NCBI GenBank assembly: GCA_964350245.1
Contig: CAYGJC010000003.1
Coordinates: 24,556-88,555 of the forward strand
Direction: 5' to 3'
Length of the DNA: 64,000 nt
DNA from: an uncultured bacterium
GTDB taxonomy: Bacteria > Chlamydiota > Chlamydiia > Chlamydiales > JAAKFR01
A program made the position numbers and the translations under genes. Under the pieces are notes generated by a model. That model saw nothing but the letters and a program-made list of their open reading frames with translations, was not told the DNA's origin and ran no database searches. How positions within the stretch are numbered: position 1 is the first letter of the stretch; every line of letters begins with the position of its first letter. Of the stretch, positions 1 through 10,327 are shown piece by piece.

Positions 1-610
1 CGGTCAGACCTGCTAGAAAGGGGTTGGCAGCCATTCCTGTGAGAAACATGGCACTTGTAATAACCGAGCCCTGGTAGGCCACTTTCATCAAAAAAGCGCC
101 GATTCGTCTCTCCGTTCCTAAGTGAGGCTCACTTCCAAATGACTTGGCTAGTCCCTGCGCAATGGGAAAGATCACGCCTCCTGTCCGCGCCGTGACACTG
201 GGAATGGCAGGAGCTAAAATCAGTTCACTCAAAAGAAGTCCATAGCTAAGGCCAATGGTTCTTTTTCCAAAAACAGAGACAAAATAGTAGGCAATACGGC
301 TTCCCAAGCCTGTTTTAATGAACCCTCTAGAGATAAAAAAAGCAAACACAACAAGCCAGGCGATCGAGTTGTGAAAGCCGGCAAGAGTCTCTTCTAAGGT
401 CAAAGTATAGGTTAAGGTGGCTGTTGTCATCGACACGATGACAAGCGCTCCAATGGGCAAAGGCTTGAGAATGATTCCTAATATGGTCGCAATAAAAATG
501 GCAAAAAGATGCCAAGCGCGGTCACTCACTTCTGCCGGATGGGGGGAGAACCAAATCGCCAGACCGATTAGAATCACAATTAGGAAAGAGATAAGCTGCT
601 TTCTTTTCAC
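1..610 (-). CDS. DASS-family anion:Na+ symporter / 2-oxoglutarate-malate translocator-type permease; 5' part only, the gene runs off the left edge
   Basis: Absent from the ORF track because no stop lies in the window. My own minus-strand translation from GTG (608-610) gives VKRKQLISFLIVILIGLAIWFSPHPAEVSDRAWHLFAIFIATILG...LAPAIPSVTARTGGVIFPIAQGLAKSFGSEPHLG...MFLTGMAANPFLAGLT. This is polytopic and carries the SVTARTGGxxxPI hairpin motif I associate with DASS carriers (chlamydial ybhI type). The start codon is uncertain. Confidence 0.7.
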   Translation of the reverse strand, partial: MKRKQLISFLIVILIGLAIWFSPHPAEVSDRAWHLFAIFIATILGIILKPLPIGALVIVSMTTATLTYTLTLEETLAGFHNSIAWLVVFAFFISRGFIKTGLGSRIAYYFVSVFGKRTIGLSYGLLLSELILAPAIPSVTARTGGVIFPIAQGLAKSFGSEPHLGTERRIGAFLMKVAYQGSVITSAMFLTGMAANPFLAGLT

Positions 611-638
611 GATCCGGGGATGATAATCGAACAGATGT

Positions 639-1391
639 TTACTGAAAAGAGTAATTCCCGATCCACTTTTCCATTTCTGTCACCGTATCATCGATGAGCT
701 CAGCTTCGTGGTAAAGGCGATAAAGGTGGGTCTGCTTTTCCTCAGCCAATATAGTGGCCACATCTTCAAGAGAAATAAAAGCTCTGTTGATGAGATTTAA
801 ATCAAAAGCCGTGCAGATCTCTTTGTAAAGCTCTTCTGGATAAAGAGAGCAGGCACTCGCTACGAGATAATCCCATGTAAAAGAGGGTTGTTTTTCGATT
901 TTTTCACGTAATAGTAAGCGAAAGTATTCAATCACCTCGCTTCTTTTGATCACTCCACAACCCACTAGAGTCACAAGAGAAGCTAGACAAGCAGCGCGTA
1001 CATATTCATTGGCAGAAGGATTTTCAATCAGTCGTTGGATAGGTTCTATGTTTGTTCCGCAAAGACTTGCCAAAATACGGCTCAGATCTTCTGTGAGCAC
1101 ATCACCAGCAATGGCGTGCGGGATCTCTCCCGGGTAGGAAAAGAGCTCAATGATTAAGGGGTAAGCGCGCTCTTCGCGAAACTGCGCGAGCAAGTACATC
1201 GCATAGAGGTGGCCTTGATAGTTGTCGTCTTCGATTATTTCATCGATACGGAAAAGAGCGTCTTCCAAAATCGCCAGTAAATGAGGAGTGATCTGCTTCC
1301 GCTTGGCAATCGCGGCTTCAATCGCCTCACGGGGGAGATCGCCCCCCATATCGTAGGCCAGTTCTTCGAGAATGTGCGCAAGATTCATCAC
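639..1391 (-). CDS. hypothetical cytoplasmic protein (resembles the DUF1186 family from memory; unverified)
   Basis: 250-aa ORF with no TM segment or signal peptide. It looks helical (..[23 protein letters not shown]..). It lies 28 nt upstream of the DASS gene on the same strand. Confidence 0.6.
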   Translation of the reverse strand: MMNLAHILEELAYDMGGDLPREAIEAAIAKRKQITPHLLAILEDALFRIDEIIEDDNYQGHLYAMYLLAQFREERAYPLIIELFSYPGEIPHAIAGDVLTEDLSRILASLCGTNIEPIQRLIENPSANEYVRAACLASLVTLVGCGVIKRSEVIEYFRLLLREKIEKQPSFTWDYLVASACSLYPEELYKEICTAFDLNLINRAFISLEDVATILAEEKQTHLYRLYHEAELIDDTVTEMEKWIGNYSFQ

Positions 1392-1472
1392 ATTTTTTCT
1401 TATAGCAAGATCACCCTTTGCGAAAAACTGTTTTTTATCATAAAATACCCTTCCACCAAACAGGAGTCAATC

Positions 1473-2051
1473 ATGAAAGCATTTGCCTGTGTAGGGCTTT
1501 TAGTCCTTCTCTGTGCTTGTCAATCTCAAAACAAAGAGGAGTCATCCATGTCCAACCCATCTGTTACCATCCGCACCAATCTTGGAGACATTCAAGTTGA
1601 GCTACTAGAAAATAAAGCCCCCAATACAGTTAAAAATTTTCTTCAGTATGTGGATGACAAACACTACAATGGCACTGTTTTCCATCGCGTGATTGATGGC
1701 TTTATGATCCAAGGAGGCGGCATGACTGCTGACATGAAAGAAAAGACCACGCGTGCGCCTATTCAAAATGAGGCTTCAAATGGTTTGTCCAACAAGCGAG
1801 GTACGCTTGCCATGGCGCGTACATCGGATATACACTCGGCGACTTCTCAATTTTTTATCAACGTAGTAGATAATGATTTTCTTGATTTCCGCAGCGCTAC
1901 CCCTAGTGGCTATGGCTACTGCGTTTTTGCTCAAGTGACGGACGGGCTAGAGGTTGTCGACGCCATTAAAGGTGTGGAGACAAGCACTAAAAAAGGGCAT
2001 CAAGATGTGCCGATTAAGGCTGTGGAAATTATTGAAGTCGTACGCAATTAG
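1473..2051 (+). CDS. cyclophilin-type peptidyl-prolyl cis-trans isomerase, exported/lipoprotein form
   Basis: Track ORF 1281-2051 trimmed to ATG 1473, which is preceded by AGGAG (1462-1466). [16 protein letters not shown] is a signal/lipobox. The cyclophilin core is present: [17 protein letters not shown] and [20 protein letters not shown]. Confidence 0.9.
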   Translation: MKAFACVGLLVLLCACQSQNKEESSMSNPSVTIRTNLGDIQVELLENKAPNTVKNFLQYVDDKHYNGTVFHRVIDGFMIQGGGMTADMKEKTTRAPIQNEASNGLSNKRGTLAMARTSDIHSATSQFFINVVDNDFLDFRSATPSGYGYCVFAQVTDGLEVVDAIKGVETSTKKGHQDVPIKAVEIIEVVRN

Positions 2052-2123
2052 TTTTACGGTCTAGATGGGCAGCCAAAACCGTTGGTTTTTAGCTCCACAA
2101 TAGTGACATCAAAAATCCTTTGC

Positions 2124-2624
2124 CTATCGATTTTGGCGCGCTTGTAAAAAACGGTGTAAATCGCCGATCAAACCTTGACGATTGGCTACTGTGACTGCCT
2201 GGTGCCTGACAAGCTCTGCTCGTGCTTGTCTTAAATATTCGGGGGACAAAGGAAGAAAAGAGCCATGCTCATCTCGTTCGAAATCACCCGATTCGGAAGG
2301 GGGACGATCGGCTACTAATACGGCCACAATCGGTTTTGTTCCGCTTCTTGCGGCATCTTCTACCGCATAGGATTGAGCGATGGCTTTAGATCCAAACCAT
2401 AGGGGACGACCAAAGCTAATGCCTTGGTTGAAAACTTCCTGACTCGCCCCAAAATACCCCACAACAACGCGCTTGCGCCCATTGACCTCAATCTCTCCTG
2501 GAAGCCTCCCAGAGTCTTGTGCAGGATAGCGTCTCCCAAGCTCTCTTCGCCCTAGGCCCGCCGCAACTATAGAGCCAATGGCTGTTGCCGATCTAATCAA
2601 ATAAGACATAAATAACCTAATCAA
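2124..2624 (-). CDS. hypothetical protein (166 aa), no family recognised
   Basis: The only long ORF in this interval, on the same strand as its neighbours. No motif recognised. Confidence 0.5.
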   Translation of the reverse strand: MIRLFMSYLIRSATAIGSIVAAGLGRRELGRRYPAQDSGRLPGEIEVNGRKRVVVGYFGASQEVFNQGISFGRPLWFGSKAIAQSYAVEDAARSGTKPIVAVLVADRPPSESGDFERDEHGSFLPLSPEYLRQARAELVRHQAVTVANRQGLIGDLHRFLQARQNR

Positions 2625-2630
2625 TCTTTT

Positions 2631-2658
2631 AATAAATTAATTTTAACATTAATTTATT
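2631..2658. repeat. AT-only perfect inverted repeat (11-bp arms AATAAATTAAT / ATTAATTTATT, 6-nt spacer) between two minus-strand genes
   Basis: Read directly from the sequence. It is followed by further ATTAATT/AATTTATT iterations up to 2671. Function (promoter, terminator or binding site) unknown. Confidence 0.6.
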
Positions 2659-2671
2659 AATTTATTATTAA

Positions 2672-3244
2672 TTATTTACGTTTAATGGATAAATAGTTGA
2701 CCCAAGAATGGGCAACCGTGCAACCGACAAGGTTTTGTGAGAATTCAGCCAAAGAACAGAAAACGATCCCTGCCACCATATTGGCTCTAAAGAGATGGAG
2801 ATTGAACCTTAAACTTCTTGTGTATTCAATGTGGGCCCCAGAGAAAAGAACTGCGTTGACAACAGTTCGGGTCGCTATTGAGGCGGGAGAGTGAGGATTT
2901 TGCTGCTGCTGCACGTGAAACTCCCGCGCCAATCCTCTGAAACCGACTTCCTCGGCAACTGGAATCACAACGCAAGTTAAGGCAACAAAACCAAGGCGCC
3001 GCCGTCCCCCGAGCCTAGAAGCATACTCTACTTTTCGTTGTTGCTGAGGAAGTTTGACAAAGCGGCGATCGTGGGCGTGTAGCGCATGGCCTGCCATCAC
3101 CCCCAGCGCAACACCTTCTACGGCTGTTCTAAGTTGGGGAGGATAGAGCGTTTTCGCTGCTTGGAGCAATAGCTCTTTGCCTGTAGGAATTCGATTATTG
3201 GAAGCTTGTGTTGCCATAAACATCCCTCTCTTTTCACTAAGCAA
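2672..3244 (-). CDS. CPBP-family (CAAX/Abi-type) intramembrane glutamic protease
   Basis: The motifs IPVAEEVGFRG (EExxxR), FSGAHI (FxxxH) and HSWVN (HxxxN) occur in the canonical order within hydrophobic segments. The start could be one of the Met codons at residues 1, 8 or 10. Confidence 0.7.
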   Translation of the reverse strand: MLSEKRGMFMATQASNNRIPTGKELLLQAAKTLYPPQLRTAVEGVALGVMAGHALHAHDRRFVKLPQQQRKVEYASRLGGRRRLGFVALTCVVIPVAEEVGFRGLAREFHVQQQQNPHSPASIATRTVVNAVLFSGAHIEYTRSLRFNLHLFRANMVAGIVFCSLAEFSQNLVGCTVAHSWVNYLSIKRK

Positions 3245-3335
3245 TTTTAATCGATTCTTAATATTATTACAATCGATAAGGGCTTCTCTACGAGTGAAAA
3301 AAAATAATTGTTATCATAAAAAGCCTGTCAAATTT

Positions 3336-4286
3336 CTAAATGAGATGGCAGGCAGCAAAATGCTCTTTTTTCACTTCGCGCCACTGAGGAACCTCCACCC
3401 GGCAGCGCTCGGTTGCGAGAGGACAACGACTAGAAAAAGGACAGCCAGAGGGAGTGTTGAGGGGATTAGGTACTTCTCCCTTAAGAACAACACGGTGTCT
3501 TTTTTTCTCAATCTCAGGATCTGGAATTGGAATAGCTGAAAGAAGCGCTTGCGTGTAGGGGTGCAATGGATCACGGTAGAGAGCCTCGCTTGAGGCAAGC
3601 TCCATCAGCTGGCCTAAATACATCACTGCTACCCTATCCGAGATATATTTGATCATAGAGAGGTCGTGAGCAATAAACAAGTAGGTGAGTCCCATCTGTT
3701 TTTGCAATTTTTTCAGTAGGTTAACAACTTGTGCCTGAATGGAGACATCCAATGCTGAGATCGGCTCATCACAGATAATAAAGTCGGGCTCCACAGCCAA
3801 CGCCCGCGCAATCCCAATCCGCTGACGCTGCCCACCGCTAAATTCGTGGGGAAAGCGACTCATATGATTGGGATTGAGTCCCACCAATTGAAGAAGCTCT
3901 TCTATGCGTGTGCGACGCGCTTGGCCATATGCCAGATGATGAATATCAAGTGGCTCCCCAATAATATCTTGCACAGTCATACGCGGATTTAAAGAGGCGT
4001 AGGGGTCTTGAAAAACGATTTGCATGCGCCGTCGAATATGCTTGAGTTCTTGCCTGGAGAGATGCTGCAAATTGATGGAGTCAAACAAAACCTTTCCGGA
4101 GGTGGGTTCATAGAGCCGCAAAAGAGTGCGGCCAACCGTCGACTTGCCGCAACCACTCTCACCCACTAGGCCTAGTGTTTCGCCCCGATAGATCTCTAAA
4201 TTTAAGGCGTTCACTGCAGTCAGTTGTCTTTTTCCCACCCTGAACTGTTTGCTCAGGTTCTGGATCGATAGAAGCACATCTTTCAT
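3336..4286 (-). CDS. oppF: oligopeptide ABC transporter ATP-binding protein OppF
   Basis: Walker A GESGCGKST, signature FSGGQRQRIGIARAL, Walker B FIICDEP and a C-terminal oligopeptide-ABC extension. Trimmed to ATG 4286, whose ATGA overlaps the oppD stop (4283-4286). Confidence 0.92.
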   Translation of the reverse strand: MKDVLLSIQNLSKQFRVGKRQLTAVNALNLEIYRGETLGLVGESGCGKSTVGRTLLRLYEPTSGKVLFDSINLQHLSRQELKHIRRRMQIVFQDPYASLNPRMTVQDIIGEPLDIHHLAYGQARRTRIEELLQLVGLNPNHMSRFPHEFSGGQRQRIGIARALAVEPDFIICDEPISALDVSIQAQVVNLLKKLQKQMGLTYLFIAHDLSMIKYISDRVAVMYLGQLMELASSEALYRDPLHPYTQALLSAIPIPDPEIEKKRHRVVLKGEVPNPLNTPSGCPFSSRCPLATERCRVEVPQWREVKKEHFAACHLI

Positions 4287-5257
4287 ATCTGTCTCAGCCA
4301 ACAGGCTACCTCGTGTTTCTCTTTGATTTGCTCGCGAGGAGGCTTTGAACTCTGACAGATGCGCATGGCACGGTCGCAACGAGCGCAAAACGGGCACCCT
4401 TTGGGAGGATTGAGCAGGTTCGGAGGAGTTCCATAAATCGGAACAAGCTCCTTTCCTTTATCCATATCCAGGCGTGGCACTGAACGCAAAAGACCCTGAG
4501 TGTAAGGGTGGCACGGCTTTTTGTAGATTTCATCTACAGAGCCTCTTTCCATAATCTCCCCACCATACATCACCAGAACACGGTCACACATACCGGCAAC
4601 GATCCCTAAATCATGTGTAATTAAGATAATACTGGTTCCGGTTTTCTGCTGAATCTCTTTCATCAATTCAATGATCTGCGCCTGAATTGTTACATCAAGA
4701 GCTGTCGTGGGTTCGTCTGCGATAAGAAGTTTGGGACCGCATGCAAGCGCGATCGCAATAATGGCTCGCTGGCGCATCCCTCCACTAAACTGGTGGGGGT
4801 ATTGATCTACCCTTTTTTCAGGGTCAGAGATCCCAACCAGTTTTAAGAGTTCAATGGCTTCTCGACGGGCCTCCGCTTTGGAAAGCCCTTTGTGCTTAAT
4901 CATCCCCTCTGCAATTTGCTTACCGATGCGCATCGTTGGATTGAGAGAGGTCATCGGATCTTGAAAGATCATTCCCATCTCCTTCCCTCGGATCCGCTCC
5001 ATTTCGCCCCTCGATTTTGTGAGAAGTTCGGATCCCTCAAATTGGATACTGCCTTCCTCAATTCGACCTGGAGGAGAGGGGATTAGGCCCATGATCGCTT
5101 GGGCTGTTACACTCTTTCCACAACCTGACTCGCCCACAATCGCTACGGTTTCTCCATAACCGATTGAAAAGCTGAGATCACGCACCGCTTGAACCTGCCC
5201 CAGGTAGGTATGAAAAGAGACAGATAGATTGCGTACTGACAAAAGGTTTTCCATCAC
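4283..5257 (-). CDS. oppD: oligopeptide ABC transporter ATP-binding protein OppD
   Basis: GESGCGKSV, FSGGMRQRAIIAIAL and LLIADEPTTALD. It overlaps the oppC stop by 4 nt. Confidence 0.92.
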   Translation of the reverse strand: MMENLLSVRNLSVSFHTYLGQVQAVRDLSFSIGYGETVAIVGESGCGKSVTAQAIMGLIPSPPGRIEEGSIQFEGSELLTKSRGEMERIRGKEMGMIFQDPMTSLNPTMRIGKQIAEGMIKHKGLSKAEARREAIELLKLVGISDPEKRVDQYPHQFSGGMRQRAIIAIALACGPKLLIADEPTTALDVTIQAQIIELMKEIQQKTGTSIILITHDLGIVAGMCDRVLVMYGGEIMERGSVDEIYKKPCHPYTQGLLRSVPRLDMDKGKELVPIYGTPPNLLNPPKGCPFCARCDRAMRICQSSKPPREQIKEKHEVACWLRQI

Positions 5258-6168
5258 TTCCTCAACTTTGGGTCTAGTGCATCGCGCAAGCCATCGCCCA
5301 CCAAATTAAAGGCGAGCATGGTGACGCTAATGAATACGGCCGGAAAAAAAAGGCGCCATGGGTAGTAACGCATTGCAGGTAAACCATCACTTGCCATTGT
5401 CCCCCAGCTGGCAATAGGAGCTTGCACACCTAATCCCAGAAAGCTTAAGAAGGCTTCCGTAAAAATGGCAACAGGAATGGTCAAGGTCATTGTCACAATA
5501 ATGGGACCCATTGCATTTGGAATCAGATGCTTGAACAAAATTCGTCTTCGACCCGCTCCTAGTGCAACGGCCGCTAGAATGTATTCTTGCTCTTTGAGCT
5601 GATAGATTTGTCCGCGCACTATGCGGGCCATTCCAATCCAACCTGTGATGGTCAAGGCGATTAGGATGGGGATCAGTCCCGAACCCATCACAACCATCAA
5701 CATAATCACAACCAGCAGGTAGGGGATGGCGTAGAGAATATCCGCTAAACGCATTAAAATATTGTCGATTTTTCCACCACCCAGGGCTGCAACTCCCCCC
5801 CACAGCACACCAATCAGTAAATCGATGATCGCAGCTGTTACACCGACAAAAAGAGAGATGCGTGCACCACAAGCGGTTCGGGTAAAAATATCACGCCCCA
5901 AGTCATCGGTTCCAAACCAGAACTTTTTCGAAGGCGCACTATTTTTCAGAGCTAAATTGGTCTCGTAGTAGGGATGACCACTTAAAACCGGAGTGAGGAC
6001 AGCGAATAACCCCAAGAGAACTAAAATCATCAAACCGGCAATGGCAACACGATTCAGACAAAAACGGCGCCATACATCCTGCCAAAAACTCAAAGAGGGC
6101 CTTGAGATCTCCTCGCGAGTGTAGAGATCTTGCTCGACCGGAAGAAAAAGATCTGACTCAGGTTTCAT
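5254..6168 (-). CDS. oppC: oligopeptide ABC transporter permease OppC
   Basis: 304-aa polytopic protein with an OppC-type N-terminus and the binding-protein-dependent transport motif. It overlaps oppB by 4 nt. Confidence 0.9.
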   Translation of the reverse strand: MKPESDLFLPVEQDLYTREEISRPSLSFWQDVWRRFCLNRVAIAGLMILVLLGLFAVLTPVLSGHPYYETNLALKNSAPSKKFWFGTDDLGRDIFTRTACGARISLFVGVTAAIIDLLIGVLWGGVAALGGGKIDNILMRLADILYAIPYLLVVIMLMVVMGSGLIPILIALTITGWIGMARIVRGQIYQLKEQEYILAAVALGAGRRRILFKHLIPNAMGPIIVTMTLTIPVAIFTEAFLSFLGLGVQAPIASWGTMASDGLPAMRYYPWRLFFPAVFISVTMLAFNLVGDGLRDALDPKLRK

Positions 6169-7094
6169 GATTTTTTTCCTCCCATTTTGATGCGGGGATC
6201 AATCCATCCATACGTTAAATCAACCAGAAAAATCGCACTGAGCAAAATAATGCTGTAAAAGACCGTAATTCCCATGATCACTGTATAATCGCGATTGGTG
6301 ATGCTATTGATAAACCATTGCCCTAAGCCGGGAATGCCGAAAATCTTTTCAATAATAAAACTGCCTGTCAAAATATTGGCCGTCAACATCCCGATATAGG
6401 TGATGATGGGAAGCAGTGCATTACGCAGCGCATGTTTGACAAGCACCACAAAGTCACTCAGTCCCTTAGCCCGCGCTGTTTTAATATAATCCATGGAGAG
6501 CACTTCCATCATATTGGCTCGTGTGAGCCGAGCAATGAAGGCCGTGGGCAGCGCCGCCAATGAAATTGCAGGCAGAATTGACTGTTGAAAGGTTCCCCAC
6601 CGCGCAACAGGAAACAGATCCAACTTTATGGATAAAAAGTACTGCAAAAAGGCGGCCAAAATAAAGCTAGGCACTGAGATTCCGACCACAGCGACAACCA
6701 TTGCCAGGTAATCCTGCCAGCGGTTCTGTTTTAAAGCGGCAATTGTCCCCAGCAACGTTCCAAACGTAATGGCCAAGGCCATTGCTTCTAACCCAAGAAT
6801 TGCGGAAATGGGGAAGCCACTTTTAATGATTTCGTTCACCGTACGCGCTTTATACTTGAATGAGGGTCCAAGCTCCCACGTAGCAACAGACTTCAGGTAA
6901 TTTCCATATTGAATGTACCAGGGATCATTCAACTTGTAGTGCTCGTAGAGTGAATGCAAAATTTCCTTAGGGAGCGCTTTCTCTTGGGTAAAGGGATCAC
7001 CGGGAATGGCTTTCATCAGAAAAAAAGTCACCGAAATGATTACCCAGAGGGCAAGCACATTGGAGAAAAATCGTTTGAGAATGTATTGCTTCAT
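6165..7094 (-). CDS. oppB: oligopeptide ABC transporter permease OppB
   Basis: MKQYILKRFF..FFLMKAIPGDPF is an OppB/DppB-type N-terminus. 309 aa, polytopic. Confidence 0.9.
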   Translation of the reverse strand: MKQYILKRFFSNVLALWVIISVTFFLMKAIPGDPFTQEKALPKEILHSLYEHYKLNDPWYIQYGNYLKSVATWELGPSFKYKARTVNEIIKSGFPISAILGLEAMALAITFGTLLGTIAALKQNRWQDYLAMVVAVVGISVPSFILAAFLQYFLSIKLDLFPVARWGTFQQSILPAISLAALPTAFIARLTRANMMEVLSMDYIKTARAKGLSDFVVLVKHALRNALLPIITYIGMLTANILTGSFIIEKIFGIPGLGQWFINSITNRDYTVIMGITVFYSIILLSAIFLVDLTYGWIDPRIKMGGKKS

Positions 7095-8689
7095 TGTTTA
7101 ATAAACGCCTTTTTAAAGTCTGCAGTGCCAAGAGGGGAGATATAGACCCCCTCCACGTACGGTTTTTTTAAATAGGCTAAGTTGATGTAAAAAATCGGAA
7201 TAAGTGGCATATCCTCGATAAGGATTTTTTCAGCTTTTTTCAATAAAGCTCTTCTTCTCACCAAATCGGTCTCTCTCTGCGCCTCGTCCAGCGCAGCACT
7301 ATATTCAGGATCTTCCCAACCCGTCTCATTGTTTCCTCCTAAACGAGGATCATCGCGCAACTTAAAAGGCTCAAGAAAGGAGACAGCATCGTGAAAATCC
7401 CCCAGCCACCCCATCCGCCCAATTTGATAATCTTGGCGATTGATTTTAGAAAGATAGACCTTCCAATCAAAAGTCTCCAGTTCAACTTTGATTCCTAGTG
7501 CTTCTTTCCACTGATGCTGAATGGCCTGGGCAATTTTTTGGTGCTCCCGATTTGAGTTGTAACTCAACTTTAAGACGGGAAATGCTTCTTTTTCCCAATG
7601 CAATTCGCTCAAGCCTTGAGCAAACAGCTCTCGAGCTGATTCATAGTCGCCATCAGTATAAAGAACAGAAGCCTCCCAATCCGGCATCTGTGGAATCAGT
7701 CCAAGAGCGGGCTTCTGCCCTGCTTGTGTGATGTGTTCAACAATCGCTTTGCGGTTGATCGAAAGACCTAAAGCGCGCCGTATTTTAGAGTTCGCAAGAG
7801 CCGGATCATCCGTGTTGAGTTTGTAATAATAGACAGCCGTTGCAGGAAGAATCTCAATTTTCCCCTCCTGTTTTAATGCAGGGACAAACTCAGGAGCTAG
7901 GTTGGAAATGGGGGAGCCGGCCCAGTCCAGTTCTCCCATTTCGTACATGTAGAACTCTGTTGTTGTATCATCGATCATTGACAGGTGAAGCGCTTCTAAT
8001 TTAACCGCTTTGGCATCCCAATAAAAAGGATTTCTCTCAGCGATGATTTCACTTTCGTGCTCCCATTTTTTCAGTTGAAAGGGACCATTGGAGACATAAC
8101 AAGTGCCGGCCTCGGCCGCCCAATTGGGGTTTTTCTCAGCACACACTCTGTTTACAGGGTAAAAGGTAGGAAATGCAGCGAGCTCTAAAAAATAGGGGGT
8201 GGGATAGCAGAGGGTCACTTCAAGTGTTTGCGGGTCAATTACCTTAACACCCAATTCTTCGATTGGTAGCGTGCCCTCTCTGATTTCTGCTGCATTTTTA
8301 ATCACGTAAAGTTTGTAGGCAAAAAGAGAAGGAAACTTAGGGTCTAGAATGGTGCGCCACGCGTAGGCAAAATCATCAGCAGTGACTTTTTCTCCATTTG
8401 ACCAATAGCTCTCGCGCAGTTTAAACGTATAAGTGCGCTTATCTTCTGAAACCAGAATTTCCTTAGCAAGAGCCGGGTGAGGCCGATGGTCCTCCCCAAT
8501 CCGTGTCAGCCCTTCAAACAACATCAAAAGCACATTGCCTGATGTTGAGTCTGTAAACTTACGTGGGTCAAGTGAGGGAGGCTCGGTGTAAATGTTGAGC
8601 CGCAGTTTTTGTTGATCAGCTCCCTTGCCGCTACTTGCACATGAGACAACCATTGAGAGGATCAAAACCCAAAAAATCCTTACTAACAT
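7091..8689 (-). CDS. oppA: oligopeptide-binding lipoprotein (family 5 SBP), OppA copy 1
   Basis: Family-5 SBP features (LDPRKFTDSTS, TYTFKLRE..WSNGEKVTADDF). Start moved to ATG 8689, giving MLVRIFWVLILSMVVSCAS (lipobox). The track start at 8725 is also possible. Confidence 0.88.
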   Translation of the reverse strand: MLVRIFWVLILSMVVSCASSGKGADQQKLRLNIYTEPPSLDPRKFTDSTSGNVLLMLFEGLTRIGEDHRPHPALAKEILVSEDKRTYTFKLRESYWSNGEKVTADDFAYAWRTILDPKFPSLFAYKLYVIKNAAEIREGTLPIEELGVKVIDPQTLEVTLCYPTPYFLELAAFPTFYPVNRVCAEKNPNWAAEAGTCYVSNGPFQLKKWEHESEIIAERNPFYWDAKAVKLEALHLSMIDDTTTEFYMYEMGELDWAGSPISNLAPEFVPALKQEGKIEILPATAVYYYKLNTDDPALANSKIRRALGLSINRKAIVEHITQAGQKPALGLIPQMPDWEASVLYTDGDYESARELFAQGLSELHWEKEAFPVLKLSYNSNREHQKIAQAIQHQWKEALGIKVELETFDWKVYLSKINRQDYQIGRMGWLGDFHDAVSFLEPFKLRDDPRLGGNNETGWEDPEYSAALDEAQRETDLVRRRALLKKAEKILIEDMPLIPIFYINLAYLKKPYVEGVYISPLGTADFKKAFIKQ

Positions 8690-8734
8690 GGCGTAAAGGA
8701 TACCTGATTCGCTTAATGGGATCAAGCCGATTGG

Positions 8735-10327
8735 CTATTCAGTAGTTGCACATTTAAAATCGGCAGTTCCTAAAGGCGAAAGTACAACATCTTTTACATA
8801 GCTCTTTTTGATATAATCAAATGCATAATGGTAAATCGGAGCCACAGGCATGGCTTCGACTAAAATTTTTTCTGCCTCGTTCAACAGCCCTTTCCGTTTT
8901 ACCCCATCAGTCTCTGTAAGTGAGGCATCTAGAAGCATATAAAAATTCTCATCATACCACCCTGTGTCATTCATGCCATTACCATCTTGCTTGCGAAACT
9001 TAAAGAGCTCTAAAAAGGCAAGTGGATCGTTAAAGTCCGCAATCCAATCAGCTGTTCCCACCTGGTAGAGCCCCTCCCGTACATTACGACGATAGAGTTG
9101 GTTTTCAACAGCCTCCAAGACGACTTCGATCCCTAATGCTTGTTTCCACTGTTGTTGGACCAGCTGAACAATTTTTGTGTTCCGCTCAGTGGGGGGATAG
9201 TTCAAGACAATTTTGGGAAACGTTTCACGCGTCCAGCCTTTATCTTTTAAAACCTCTTCCAAGCATTGACGCGCCCTCTCCCGGTCTCCATCGGCAAAAT
9301 AGACCCCGTCTTGCACCTGCATAGAAGGGGGAAGAGGCCCCGTGGCAACAGCTTGATTTCCTTGAAGAATATGCTGAATAATCTCACCCCTGTTGAGCGC
9401 ATAAGAAAAAGCGCGCCTTACACCTGCCTGATCAAAAGGGGCTTGCTCTGTGTTAAATTTCAGCCAAAATGTGCCGGCTACAGTAAACGAGTCGAGCCCC
9501 TCTACTTTTCCAATCAGCTCGGTGGCGATATTGTTAGAAATGGGTTGACCGAGCCAATCAAGGCTATTTTTTTCATAGAGGTAGTGCTCGGTATTATTAT
9601 CTGCAATCACCGAAAATTGCAGAGCGTTGAGCCGGACACTACTTTGATCCCAATATGTTTCATTTTTAGCCAGCTGTAGTTCTGATTGGGGATTCCAGTA
9701 CTTCACCTTAAAAGGACCATTACACACAAACTGTTCGCAAGGAGGTTGCGCCCACATTTCAAGCTTGGAATCAATCATGTGATTGACGGGAAAATAAGTT
9801 GGAAAGGCTGTCAGCTCGAGAAAGTAGGGTGTAGGCGCTTCCAGCTGCACTACAAGAGTGCGATCATCTAAAGCAGCGACTCCCACCGCATCAGGTGCGC
9901 ACTTCCCTTCACGAGCTAGTTTGGCATTTTTGATCGGATAGAGCATGTACGAGTAGTCGGTGGCAAAATCTGGGTTGAGGACCGTGGTCCATGCATACTC
10001 AAAATCATGCGCTGTCACCGGATCTCCATTTGTCCAGAAAGCCTCTCTAAGCTGGAAGGTGTACGTAAGCAGATCGTCTGATACCGTAATCGATTCCGCA
10101 ATTGCGGGTGTGGGCATTCCTTTAGCATCCATCCGCATCAGTCCATCAAAAAGCTGTTTAACAACGGTTAGATCTTTCAAGCTTCTCACAACGCGTGGAT
10201 CAAGCGAAACCGGGTCATCAGCTAGATTTAGGCGCAGAGTTTGAGAGGGTTTCTCCGGTTTGATGCACTCACAGCTTGTGAGAGCCAGTAGTGAGGTAGA
10301 AAGAATCATAAACAGACGCATCGGCAC
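8735..10327 (-). CDS. oppA: oligopeptide-binding lipoprotein (family 5 SBP), OppA copy 2 (paralog)
   Basis: MPMRLFMILSTSLLALTSC is a lipobox. LDPRVVRSLKD and TYTFQLREAFWTNGDPVTAHDF parallel copy 1. Confidence 0.88.
   Translation of the reverse strand: MPMRLFMILSTSLLALTSCECIKPEKPSQTLRLNLADDPVSLDPRVVRSLKDLTVVKQLFDGLMRMDAKGMPTPAIAESITVSDDLLTYTFQLREAFWTNGDPVTAHDFEYAWTTVLNPDFATDYSYMLYPIKNAKLAREGKCAPDAVGVAALDDRTLVVQLEAPTPYFLELTAFPTYFPVNHMIDSKLEMWAQPPCEQFVCNGPFKVKYWNPQSELQLAKNETYWDQSSVRLNALQFSVIADNNTEHYLYEKNSLDWLGQPISNNIATELIGKVEGLDSFTVAGTFWLKFNTEQAPFDQAGVRRAFSYALNRGEIIQHILQGNQAVATGPLPPSMQVQDGVYFADGDRERARQCLEEVLKDKGWTRETFPKIVLNYPPTERNTKIVQLVQQQWKQALGIEVVLEAVENQLYRRNVREGLYQVGTADWIADFNDPLAFLELFKFRKQDGNGMNDTGWYDENFYMLLDASLTETDGVKRKGLLNEAEKILVEAMPVAPIYHYAFDYIKKSYVKDVVLSPLGTADFKCATTE

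Noticed and set aside
5387-5872. Many track ORFs nest inside, or lie antisense to, confidently assigned genes. Examples: 5387-5872, 9266-9679, 9960-10244, 16548-16835, 24440-24724, 30571-31134, 35800-36231, 45491-45844, 52665-53039, 57018-57377, 58641-58964, 59970-60299, 60625-60993.
   Set aside because: Each overlaps a longer ORF that has clear family motifs or coherent protein-like composition. Their translations are Cys/Arg/Ser-rich or otherwise look like noise, and they lack SD sequences. I treat them as shadow ORFs.
10269-10327. Unusually long same-strand overlap (59 nt) between the tsaD 3' end and the oppA copy-2 5' end. Likewise the 50-nt convergent overlap of glk with the 1330-aa ORF (29831-29880).
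   Set aside because: Both are explainable by slightly extended C-terminal tails in a compact genome. There is no evidence of frameshift or programmed recoding, so I did not pursue them as findings.
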